A DNA stretch of 64,000 nt from an uncultured delta proteobacterium. GTDB taxonomy: Bacteria; Desulfobacterota; Binatia; Binatales; Binataceae. The translations under genes and the position numbers were made by a program. The notes below the pieces were generated by a model. The model was not told the origin of the DNA and searched no databases. It saw nothing but the letters and a program-made list of their open reading frames with translations. Location: NCBI GenBank assembly GCA_963805315.1, contig CAWDTQ010000014.1, positions 523,058 through 587,057 on the forward strand, written 5' to 3'. Below are positions 35,148-44,085 of this stretch, piece after piece (positions within the stretch are counted from its first letter, which is position 1; the number at the start of each line of letters is the position of its first letter).

Positions 35148-37118
35148 TTAAGTTCCGTCGCGGGGCGACGGCGAGACCATCAATCCATAGGCCGTCACTG
35201 CGAAGAAGACGACGAGGTTGACTGAGGCAGCCGCGATCAGCGCCGGGTTCGGATGGTTGGGGAAATATGACGACGTGTCGGCGAGGTGCTTGATATAGAT
35301 GAGGTTGAACAGGAAGGTGGCGCTAACGACGGCGAAGGTCGAGGTGAGAAAGCCGCTGTCGAGCGCGATCGGAATCAAAAATACCAGCGGGTAGTACAGG
35401 TAACGCTCGTGCATCCGCGGCGCGAACATGAAGAAGCCGAATAGCGCGACGAAAATCGCGAGCATCGCGGCGCGCGCCGACCGCGCGCGCCAGATCAGAT
35501 ACGACGCGACCAGGTAAACGGCGCACGTCAGCGACAGGCCGAACGCGCTATACGAAACGCCGCCGAAGATTTTGTCGGTGTCGGGCGTGCCGATCCCGCC
35601 GATCAGCCCCATGAAGTTGAAAGCGCCGACCGAGGCTTCGCTGAATCGCGTGCCCAGGTCCTTATATACGTTGATTATCCAGTCCCACGAATGTCCAAGC
35701 TGGTACGGAAGGATTCCGATTGCGACCGTGCCCAAAAACGCACCCGCGCACCATCCCCATTCGGCTACGCCCGCGTTGAAGAGCGTCCAGAGTGCCAGCG
35801 GCGGCGTGAACGCGAGTGCTTGCGGCTTGGCCAGGATCGCAATCGCGGCCGCACTCCATCCGAGGCGATAGCGGCCGGTGAGGATCAGGACAGCGGCGGC
35901 GATCATCGGCAGCGCGACCACCGAATCGCTCTGGCCCCACACCACGGTATCGAAGATGAGCGCGGGGTTGAGCGCGAACAGCATCATTATAATGATTGCG
36001 CGGATGCCGCGGCCGTCGCGCCACGCCGCAAAGTAAATCGTGAGGCCGATCAGAAGATCGGCAATCAACGGCGGCGTCTCGACGATCACGCGAAAGCCGT
36101 TCGCTGTCGGCTCGATCAACCTGCCGATCCATCCCGACAGCCACAGCAGATACAGCGACCCGGGCGGATAGGCGTCCACCGGCAGGCCGGGATCGTAAAT
36201 CTTCGAGGGGCCCAGCGTGGCGGCGAGCAAAGCGCGATTGGTCTTCGCCCAGATGTCCCAGTAGAAGCCGGTAAAGTGAAACAGCGCGGCAAACTTGACG
36301 GCCGTGATCGCGAGCATCAGGCAGGCCGCGACCGTCCACGCCGATCGCCCTGCCCCAAGCGCCGGCCGCCATATTTCCGCGAGCGCCGCGCCTAGCAGCG
36401 CAAGCAGGATCAGGCCCGACACGATCCCCGCGACTCGAATCGAGACCCGGTTATCCGGCTCGAATAGCTGGCTTTTGCGTTGCTGCCGAATCGCGACGAG
36501 ATCGAAGCTGAGCGCGCCCGTCGGCGGCGGGCCGAAAACTTCGACGACTTTGATATTGCGAAACGACGCGCGACCCGTATCCGGATTTTCCAATGCACCG
36601 AGCTGGCAGAGCAACTCAGTGGTATCGCCCCATCGATCCACCGTGAGAAAGAACGAAAGCGGCTGCCAGTCTGCGTTGCGTAGCAGATGGTTCGACGTGA
36701 TTTGGATGCCGTCGAAGGTGGTGATCGCGACACTCGCGCCGCCGTCGCGCACGGTGGTCCCGATGACGCGCGCTTCGGCGGTGACATGGTAAATCCCGGG
36801 CCGCAGCATCAGCGCCTGATGCCAGCTCGAGTAGGTCCGGCTTTGGTTTGAGATTCCAAGCACGCCGCCCTCGGCCTGCGACCAGGTCCACGAAAACCCG
36901 GTTAGCTTCTTGTCGGAGGACAGCGCGTACCAGTCGGCCGGCGCGCCGGCGAAGCCATCGGCAAGGTCGCCGTTTTTCACCAAGTTTGTCCCGGCGAAGG
37001 CGCAGATCGGCTCGCAGAGCCATGATGCGCACAGCGCGAGCGCCACAACTCGCGATGAATCGCCGCATTGGTTCAGGGAATCCGATGCCGTGACGGGTAC
37101 CGATCCAAGCGCATCCAA
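35148..37118 (-). CDS. Polytopic GT-C-fold membrane glycosyltransferase (ArnT/PMT/ALG-like) with an N-terminal extracytoplasmic beta-rich domain
   Basis: A ~200-aa soluble-looking N-terminal region is followed by many TM helices. The loop motif is DAYPPGSLYLLWLSGW, and ...LNPALIFDTVVWGQSDS is present. The family assignment is approximate. Confidence 0.6.
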   Translation of the reverse strand: MDALGSVPVTASDSLNQCGDSSRVVALALCASWLCEPICAFAGTNLVKNGDLADGFAGAPADWYALSSDKKLTGFSWTWSQAEGGVLGISNQSRTYSSWHQALMLRPGIYHVTAEARVIGTTVRDGGASVAITTFDGIQITSNHLLRNADWQPLSFFLTVDRWGDTTELLCQLGALENPDTGRASFRNIKVVEVFGPPPTGALSFDLVAIRQQRKSQLFEPDNRVSIRVAGIVSGLILLALLGAALAEIWRPALGAGRSAWTVAACLMLAITAVKFAALFHFTGFYWDIWAKTNRALLAATLGPSKIYDPGLPVDAYPPGSLYLLWLSGWIGRLIEPTANGFRVIVETPPLIADLLIGLTIYFAAWRDGRGIRAIIIMMLFALNPALIFDTVVWGQSDSVVALPMIAAAVLILTGRYRLGWSAAAIAILAKPQALAFTPPLALWTLFNAGVAEWGWCAGAFLGTVAIGILPYQLGHSWDWIINVYKDLGTRFSEASVGAFNFMGLIGGIGTPDTDKIFGGVSYSAFGLSLTCAVYLVASYLIWRARSARAAMLAIFVALFGFFMFAPRMHERYLYYPLVFLIPIALDSGFLTSTFAVVSATFLFNLIYIKHLADTSSYFPNHPNPALIAAASVNLVVFFAVTAYGLMVSPSPRDGT

Positions 37119-37216
37119 TCAAGTGTGGATACGCGTATGCAAGACCTGATGCGTTTGTGGCGCGGCGCGACTAGGATGAGCCGCAATCGGCTCGTAACCC
37201 AGGGGAGGGAATCACG

Positions 37217-37618
37217 ATGGCTGAGAAATCACGCGGCCCCGCTCTGACAATCCTCGCGCTACTGTTTGTGCTGCTCGCGATCTCGGATTTTCTGAAACCG
37301 TTTCATCTGAACCCCAATGTAGGCTTCGTCTTCGCCGGCACCAAGCTGACGGGCACCGCCAACGCGATCATGGGTCCGCTGTTCGGGTTATTCCTGCTGT
37401 ACTACGCCTATGCCATCTGGACGATGCGCCGCTATGCGTTGCCGGCGTCATGGGTCTTTGCCGGTTGGGTAGTCGGGAACATGATCATGTTTACGATTAA
37501 GAACAGCGGCGCTCCGAAACCTTCGCTCGTCGTTGCGATTGTTTCGACCGCAGTCGGGATTGGCGTGCCACTCGCGACTGCAATCATTCTGTCGCGCCGA
37601 CGCGCTGAACTCAGCTAA
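37217..37618 (+). CDS. Hypothetical 4-TM membrane protein (paralog 1)
   Basis: Reads MAEKSRGPALTILALLFVLLAISDFLKPF...GTANAIMGPLFG. It is a clear paralog of the next gene. Confidence 0.65.
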   Translation: MAEKSRGPALTILALLFVLLAISDFLKPFHLNPNVGFVFAGTKLTGTANAIMGPLFGLFLLYYAYAIWTMRRYALPASWVFAGWVVGNMIMFTIKNSGAPKPSLVVAIVSTAVGIGVPLATAIILSRRRAELS

Positions 37619-37635
37619 CCGGCGAGCGTGCGTTG

Positions 37636-38046
37636 GTGGCGGAAAAATCGCGCGGCGCGACTCTGACGATTCTCGCGATCCTGCTCGCGCTGATGGCGGT
37701 GTCCGATTTCGGCAAGCCGTTCTCGCACAATCCCGGCGTCGGTTTCGTTTTCTTCGGTGCGCGGCTCTCGGGCACGGCCAACATGATTGTCGCGCCGATT
37801 TTCGGGATTATGCTTGCCGTGTACGTGTACGGAATCCTGGCGATGCGCAAGTTCGCGCTGCCGCTCGGAATGTTTTACGCCGCGTACGTAATCGTCAACA
37901 TGCCGCTGTTTGTCCTGCGGTACCACGGCACCCCGGTCATGCAGGAGCATTCGTGGGCCTACCTGGTACCCTACCCGTTCGTCGCGATCGGCGTGTCGTC
38001 GGGCGCAGCCTGGATGTTGTACCGTCGCAGACGCGATCTCACCTGA
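37636..38046 (+). CDS. Hypothetical 4-TM membrane protein (paralog 2)
   Basis: Reads (V)AEKSRGATLTILAILLALMAVSDFGKPF...GTANMIVAPIFG. GTG 37636 aligns with the paralog's start. The ORF track starts one codon earlier (TTG 37633). Confidence 0.65.
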   Translation: MAEKSRGATLTILAILLALMAVSDFGKPFSHNPGVGFVFFGARLSGTANMIVAPIFGIMLAVYVYGILAMRKFALPLGMFYAAYVIVNMPLFVLRYHGTPVMQEHSWAYLVPYPFVAIGVSSGAAWMLYRRRRDLT

Positions 38047-38061
38047 GAATTGACTTTCACA

Positions 38062-38078
38062 GGGTGCAGGGGTCACCC
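38062..38078 (+). repeat. Partial or diverged copy of the REP/MITE-like repeat (17-mer core)
   Basis: It carries the exact GGGTGCAGGGGTCACCC core. The downstream ~45 nt resemble the full element only loosely. Confidence 0.65.
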
Positions 38079-38211
38079 ATGCCGGGGTGCGGGCGCGGAG
38101 CCACGCATCTAATTTCGGATCGCTTTATGCGCCTCGCGTTCGACAACCGCCTGGCGTTAGAATCGGCTGGAGCCGCGACGCTCCCGACTCGCGGCTTTGC
38201 GAGGTGCCAAG

Positions 38212-39450
38212 ATGAAACGATCGCGCGACGGATCGATCATTGGACGACGCGAATTCCTGAAGCGCGGCGTGCTGGCCGGCGTGGGCGTCTCGATCTTGCC
38301 GCTGGCGGGCAGTGCGAGCGCGTCGCTCAAGGGCCCGGCGCGCGTCCGCCGCTACTCGACGCTCGGCCGCACCGGACTCAAGATTTCCGACATCTCGTTC
38401 GGCGCCAGCCGTCTGACCTCCGGCAACGAAGACCTCGTCCGCCACGCATTCGATTGCGGCGTCAACTACTTCGACTCGGCGGAGACTTACACCGACGGCG
38501 AGTCAGAAACCGTCATCGGCAACGCGCTTAAGGGCAAGCGCGACAAGGTCTTCCTGACTTCGAAGACGATCGCGCGCGCGGACGACAGCCGCGCCTCGAT
38601 GATGACCGCGCTCGAAGGAAGTCTGCGCCGCCTGCAGACCGATCATATCGACGTGTACTTCAACCATGCGGTCAACGATCCGGCGCGCCTGAAGAATCCC
38701 GAGTGGCACGAATTCGTCACCCAGGCGCGCGGCCAGGGCAAGATTCGATTCACCGGGATGTCGGGACACGCGGGGAATCTGGCCGAATGCCTCGACTACG
38801 CGATCGACAGCGGCAATTGCGACGTAATCCTGTGCGCGCACAACTTCGGCCAGGACCCGCGCTTCTACCAGCGCTTCCTGCGCAACTTCGACATGGTCGC
38901 GATTCAGCCCGAGTTGCCGCGCGTGATGGAAAAGGCGAGGCAACACGGCGTCGGCGTGGTGGTGATGAAGACCCTGATGGGCGCGCGGTTGAACGATATG
39001 CGGCCGTACGAATCGGGAGGCGCGACCTTCTCGCAGGCGGCGTTTCGATGGGTGCTGTCGAATCCAAACGTCGACGCGCTGATCGTCTCGATGACGAGCC
39101 GGCAGATGATCGACGAATACCTCGGCGCGTCGGGCGCGCGCGCGACTGCGGCCGGCGACTTGCCGCTGTTGAATCGCTACGCGAGCCTCAACGGCGATTC
39201 GCAGTGCCGTCCCGCGTGCAACGCGTGCGCGAATGCGTGTCCTTACGGCGTGCCGATAGCCGACGTGATGCGCACGCGGATGTACGCGCGCGACTACGGC
39301 GACATCCGCTTTGCGCGCAGCGAATACGCGATGCTCTCACAGAACGCGGCGGCGTGTCTCAGTTGCGATGCGAAGCCGTGCGCGGGCGCGTGTCCGCACG
39401 GAATCGCAACCGACGTGCTGCTCGCGCCCACGCATCGCATGCTCGCATAG
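38212..39450 (+). CDS. Tat-signal aldo/keto reductase with a C-terminal 2x[4Fe-4S]-type Cys cluster domain
   Basis: The twin-arginine motif is GRREFLKRGVLAG...ASA. The AKR core is GLKISDISFGA..CGVNYFDSAETY. The C-terminal Cys motifs are CRPACNACANACPYG and CLSCDAKPCAGACPHG. Confidence 0.85.
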   Translation: MKRSRDGSIIGRREFLKRGVLAGVGVSILPLAGSASASLKGPARVRRYSTLGRTGLKISDISFGASRLTSGNEDLVRHAFDCGVNYFDSAETYTDGESETVIGNALKGKRDKVFLTSKTIARADDSRASMMTALEGSLRRLQTDHIDVYFNHAVNDPARLKNPEWHEFVTQARGQGKIRFTGMSGHAGNLAECLDYAIDSGNCDVILCAHNFGQDPRFYQRFLRNFDMVAIQPELPRVMEKARQHGVGVVVMKTLMGARLNDMRPYESGGATFSQAAFRWVLSNPNVDALIVSMTSRQMIDEYLGASGARATAAGDLPLLNRYASLNGDSQCRPACNACANACPYGVPIADVMRTRMYARDYGDIRFARSEYAMLSQNAAACLSCDAKPCAGACPHGIATDVLLAPTHRMLA

Positions 39451-39452
39451 AT

Positions 39453-40310
39453 TCAGAACGGAATGCGCGCGGTCAGGATGAGGTTGTGATTGTAGTTGCG
39501 GCGAAAGGTAACCGCGACCTGCTCGCCGACACCGAAGGTCAGACCGACCCGGTCATGAATCGGAATCCTCCCGATCAGGATTCCAGGCGTTAGAAAAAGC
39601 ATTTGATGCCCGGTGTCGGCGCCGTACGATTGCCAGGTGTAGTTGGTCTCAAACTCCGGCCAGAAATATTTGAAGAGGCGATACTGGAAAGCGGTATTCC
39701 AGTTCACCGGCATCCCAAGCCGGTCCAGGCCGCCGCTGGGGAACGCGACACCGACCGTCGACTGCACGTCGAAGTCGCCGAATCCTTTGCCGGCCGCCAG
39801 CGTCGGCGTGAAGAGCGAGTGCCCATTGCCGTTGACCGTCGAGCCGGTCGGGACGGTGAAGCCCATGAAGGCGGTGACGATGTAGTTGCCGTGCTCCTCG
39901 TTGGCGGAGAGCAGCCGCAGCTTCAGCAGGAACGGCCAGTCGGCGAAACCGTCGGTGTTGCGTGGCGTGTTGCGGTTCAGGAACCCGGGAACTCCGATTA
40001 TGACTTCGGTACGTTCAAACGGAATCAGCTCGATTCCCTTGCTGCCGCCGAAGTTGTCGGTCGCAAGCCCGTCGCGCGACGACTGGAAGAACTGGTCGTA
40101 GCGGACTTCCTCCTCCAAACGCGGCGTGACGGTTACCAGCGGAGTTACCCAATGCGGCTGCTCGCTCTGGATTTGAGTGACGCGCGGAAACCAGTTTATG
40201 AAATAATTTTCTATGGCGGACCCAAACTCCGAGACGCTTTGTGCGCGGCACGGCGTCGTCACGGCGAACATAACGGCCAGAACAATCGTAGCGGAGCCAG
40301 GGATTTTCAT
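39453..40310 (-). CDS. Outer-membrane beta-barrel protein (MetA-pathway/phenol-degradation-like transporter family)
   Basis: It has a signal peptide (..TTPCRAQS), an alternating beta-strand pattern and a C-terminal ...LTARIPF. Confidence 0.7.
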   Translation of the reverse strand: MKIPGSATIVLAVMFAVTTPCRAQSVSEFGSAIENYFINWFPRVTQIQSEQPHWVTPLVTVTPRLEEEVRYDQFFQSSRDGLATDNFGGSKGIELIPFERTEVIIGVPGFLNRNTPRNTDGFADWPFLLKLRLLSANEEHGNYIVTAFMGFTVPTGSTVNGNGHSLFTPTLAAGKGFGDFDVQSTVGVAFPSGGLDRLGMPVNWNTAFQYRLFKYFWPEFETNYTWQSYGADTGHQMLFLTPGILIGRIPIHDRVGLTFGVGEQVAVTFRRNYNHNLILTARIPF

Positions 40311-40342
40311 ATTAGCGACCGGTATGCCATGTTAAGAGCGGA

Positions 40343-41476
40343 TTGACAAGTATTATGGCATCGATTGGCAAAGCCCTGGCGCAAGCGCGAAGCGCGCGGA
40401 ATCTCACGCAGACCGAGCTGGCGCGGCGCGCGGGAATCTCGCGGCAGGCGTTGGGCGCGATCGAGTCGGGCGCGTATCATCCGGGCGTGGCGATTGCGAT
40501 CCGCATCGCGCGCGAGCTCGGCGCAAGCGTCGAATCGCTGTTCGGCGAAATCGACGACGAGACCTCAACCGTCGTCGACGCGAGCTGGCTCGGCGACGAG
40601 CGCCGCCGAACTGTCGCCGCGCAAACCCGGGTCGCGCTCGCGCGCGTGCGCGGAAAAATCGTCGCCGTCGCGCAGCCCGCGGCTCATCTCACGCTCTCGG
40701 CGGCGGCCGGAGTATTGCAGCGTGCGCGGCGCCGCCGCGCGGAGGTCGCCACCTTTCAACCGCCGGATGAAATCGACTCAACGCTATTGATGTCGGGATG
40801 CGACCCTGCCGCCGCGATCCTGGCGGACTGGCTGGCGCGCCGGCGCTCGCCGGTTCACGCGGTCGCCCTCTCCTGCTCGAGTCGGGAAGCGCTGCGCGCG
40901 ATAGTCGATGGACGCGCGCACGTGGCCGGCGTGCATCTGCGCGATCAGAAGAGCGGCGAGTACAACATTGCGCCAATCAAGCGCGCTTTGGGCAGCCGCC
41001 GTTCGATGGTCGTCAACTTTGCGCGGTGGGAACTCGGGCTGGCGACGGCGCATGGCAACCCGCTGGCCGTTCGCGGTTTCGCCGACCTGCAAAGGACCGG
41101 TCTCAGAATCGCGAACCGGGAAGATGGGTCGGGAGCGCGCTCGGTCCTCGACGATGCGCTTGGCGAGTTGGCCATCCCGCCCGAGCGCGTCGCAGGATAT
41201 CAGTTCGAAGTCGGCGGCCATCTTGAGGTCGCTGCCGCAATCGCGGCGGGACTGGCGGATGTCGGCGTCACTATCAGGCTCGGCGCGGATGCCTACGGAC
41301 TGCATTTTGTTCCGTATCGCGATGAGCGTTACGACCTCGTGATCTTGGAGCAGGAAGCCGATTCGATGCCGATCAAGGCGATGCTCGACGCGCTGAATTC
41401 GCGGCGTTTTGCGCGTGAGATCAGCCAGCTATGTGCCTACGATACCGCGCAGATGGGTCAGGTTGTCCGCACCTGA
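40343..41476 (+). CDS. XRE-type HTH regulator fused to a periplasmic-binding-protein-like (oxyanion/molybdate-binding-like) domain
   Basis: The HTH is LTQTELARRAGISRQALGAIESG. The ~270-aa C-terminal domain has a PBP-like alternating pattern. Only ~32 nt separate it from the divergent outer-membrane gene, so a later start (ATG 40355) is possible. Confidence 0.7.
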   Translation: MTSIMASIGKALAQARSARNLTQTELARRAGISRQALGAIESGAYHPGVAIAIRIARELGASVESLFGEIDDETSTVVDASWLGDERRRTVAAQTRVALARVRGKIVAVAQPAAHLTLSAAAGVLQRARRRRAEVATFQPPDEIDSTLLMSGCDPAAAILADWLARRRSPVHAVALSCSSREALRAIVDGRAHVAGVHLRDQKSGEYNIAPIKRALGSRRSMVVNFARWELGLATAHGNPLAVRGFADLQRTGLRIANREDGSGARSVLDDALGELAIPPERVAGYQFEVGGHLEVAAAIAAGLADVGVTIRLGADAYGLHFVPYRDERYDLVILEQEADSMPIKAMLDALNSRRFAREISQLCAYDTAQMGQVVRT

Positions 41477-41748
41477 GCTGCGCGCCCGCGTCCCCGACAG
41501 GGGCATCGAGCCCACCTCAAACTGTGGATTTCCACTGATCTTCGACGCCTTGCCGCGTAAGAATTCGCGCGTTCGTAACAATCGACTCATCATGTCGTAA
41601 CGAGCCCTCTTTAGTTTGCCCGTGCCGCGGAGGAACGGCGACGATCCCCTGTGCTTAATGGGGTCTCGCGCGTCCTTCAGGTTCTCGCCGGAAGCGGTTC
41701 GGACGACGAGAGTTTTCGCATCGTGGATAGGAGAGTCCAGGGAGGACG

Positions 41749-43480
41749 ATGATGAGACGAACGATACGAATAGTTGCGCTGTCGATGGTTGGCGCGGCGA
41801 TGACGCTCAGCGCCGTCGTGCTCACGCCAAGGCTTGCGGTGGGCTCGGAGGTGCGGTCGATAACGCTGTACACCGATCCCGCCAGCGGCCAGGTTTTCAC
41901 GAAGCGGTGCAAGCGTTGCGTCAGGCTCGGCGATTACGTCCCGGCCGGATCGACCGATGAGATCGAGCGCAAGGTCGAGCGGCGGACGCAGCAGCAATTG
42001 GATCAGGAACACGCCGCGATGGAGGCCGAAGAAGCGCAGCGGCAGACGCAGCAACAGCAGTGGAACGCCGAGATGGCCAAGCAGGTCGGCGAGATCCAGC
42101 CGTACGCGCAAGAGTTCGGCGATCGGTGGTATAAGAAGATCTCGGTCGGCACTCTGATCTACGCAGATTACCGATACTACACTCACACTGGATTTGGCCC
42201 GCAGTTCCTGACTCAGCAGGTCTGGCCCGGTCCCGGCAACAACAGTTTCAATTCGTTCGATATCACGCGCACCTACCTGGATTTCAAATTCACACCTACT
42301 GAGGACGTTTCGGCACGCGTGACGCCCAACATGTTCCTGATCGTTAACACCGGGTCCAAGTGCACAAATTCATCGGTAACAGTGACGATCGGAGGCGTAA
42401 AAACTACGATTCCCGGTCAAAAGTGCACCGCGAGCAGTGGCGACGCGGACGGCCTCAGCACCGGATTCGGCCAGACCACCGATGGGAATCTCGGCTTTCG
42501 GGTGAAGTACGCGTATCTCGACTACAACACCTTCTTCAAGAAGATATTGAAAGTCGCTCCGATGAGCGACGATAAGTTCACCTTCGGCCAGCAGCAGAAT
42601 CCGCTGGTGGATTGGGAAGAGAATCTGTGGGGCTTCCGCTATACCGCGCTGACCCCGTGGAACTTCCTGAGCCTGAGTTCCACACAGGTCGGCTTTGCAA
42701 TGAAGGGGCCGATCAAATTTCACGAGAAGCAGTATGCCGACTACGACGTTGGCGTGTACGACGACGCCAGCTTCCACGCCACCGAGACGAGCGCATACAA
42801 GCAGGTGATGGGCCGCGTGACGGTCAATCCGTTTGGCGCCAACTCACGTTACGACGGCCTTGGCCTCACCGGCTTCTATGACTACGGCTACAAACAGACG
42901 TGCACGCCAGACGAGAATGCCTTCAACGCCACCTGCGGACATGTCGCACGCGCCGCGGGGATAGCGCACTATACTGCTGAAAGTTGGGGCGTGATCGGCG
43001 AGTGGGACTACGGCCACAACGCGTTCAGCGCCGGCAACCTGTTCTCGGGCAGCGGTCCTTCCGACGCAATCGGAGTCGCCAGTCCGGCCGGAAAGTTCGG
43101 CCAGACAGTTTCGCACCCTGGAACACGATGGTCGGCAGGTATTCTGAACAGTCAGGCACGTACAGATGGGCGCGGACTTGATGGGCCACGTCGATATTCC
43201 GCACACTCCATTTACGGCCTTCGGCCTGCTCCAGTGGTTCCAGCCCAACACGCGCATACAGAAAGACCCGCTCGACTTTACCCGCTACGACCTGGGCGTG
43301 CAGTGGTTGATTAACAAGTATCTGCGCGTGGCCTTCGACTCACAGGCCATCCAGTACTACCACAGCCAGTTCACGTACCCCGCGACGGCGGTGCCGGGGC
43401 AGGCGAAAACGTCCGCAGTGCCGTACGCGGTGCCGCGCGACACGCACGGATTCTTCTTCCACCTCGAATTCAGATACTAG
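41749..43480 (+). CDS. Putative outer-membrane porin with an N-terminal coiled-coil segment, with a frameshift near 43148-43165 (ORFs 41749..43314 and 43166..43480)
   Basis: The RBS is AGGGAGGA. A signal peptide is followed by a Gln/Glu-rich coil (QQQLDQEHAAMEAEEAQRQTQQQQW). Then come beta-strand-rich repeats of aromatic-X-aromatic type. The C-terminal piece reads ...FGLLQWFQPN...GFFFHLEFRY. Confidence 0.6.
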
Positions 43481-43494
43481 TCAGCGATCGGGAG

Positions 43495-43540
43495 GGCCGG
43501 TGCGAGCACACAAATTGCTCGCACCGGCCGGTGTTTCTGG
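43495..43540 (+). terminator. Strong hairpin terminator after the porin gene
   Basis: A perfect 13-bp stem (ggccggtgcgagc / gctcgcaccggcc, 43495-43507 and 43517-43529) has a 9-nt loop and is followed by ggtgtttctgg. Confidence 0.65.
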
Positions 43541-43596
43541 CCGTCGCCCGACCATTCTTGTGACTTCGATGGGTCGCAGCTATCCTTAAAATCGGA

Positions 43597-43968
43597 GTGT
43601 TGAGAAGTCTTCTGAAATCGAGCGAGCGAGCGATCGGCGCGTTTCTCCGTTCGGCCGCATGCATCTTAAGCGTGGCAATGCTGCTCTCCTTCCCTGCTGC
43701 GATACCGCATCATTTTGGCCAACATTTTGGCTCTACCGAGATACGACAAAATATCGTACGCCACACTTTCGTTGCGGGACCTGAAGCCGGCGAAGAGAAA
43801 ATTGCACAAATCGACGCTCAGCCGGCGATTCCTATGCCGGTGACGATCGAGGGCGTCGCGAAGAGGTTCTTGCCGCCGGCAACAATTTCGGACGTTCCGA
43901 CGTTTCGCATCCTGCTGCATTTCAAGCTCGGGCCTTCGCGCTCGGACGCGTCCGACCCGCTGCTCTAG
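43597..43968 (+). CDS. Hypothetical protein (123 aa) upstream of the RND operon
   Basis: The ORF has a weak GGAG-proximal GTG/TTG start and one hydrophobic N-terminal segment. No motif was recognised. Confidence 0.3.
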   Translation: MLRSLLKSSERAIGAFLRSAACILSVAMLLSFPAAIPHHFGQHFGSTEIRQNIVRHTFVAGPEAGEEKIAQIDAQPAIPMPVTIEGVAKRFLPPATISDVPTFRILLHFKLGPSRSDASDPLL

Positions 43969-44085
43969 CCCCACATTCGGCGATCCAGTTCTCGCCGCCA
44001 CTGTACCTCTGAGTACAACCGGCGGGATTGATCCGGAAACATTGCTGGAGTTCGCTCCAGCCCTGATCGCACGAGGTCACATACA

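Noticed and set aside
41477-41748. Riboswitch (for example Moco/tungsten) in the porin leader
   Set aside because: Only small generic hairpins were found. The conserved Moco-motif elements were not recognisable by eye. It is kept only as a suggestion to scan with Rfam.
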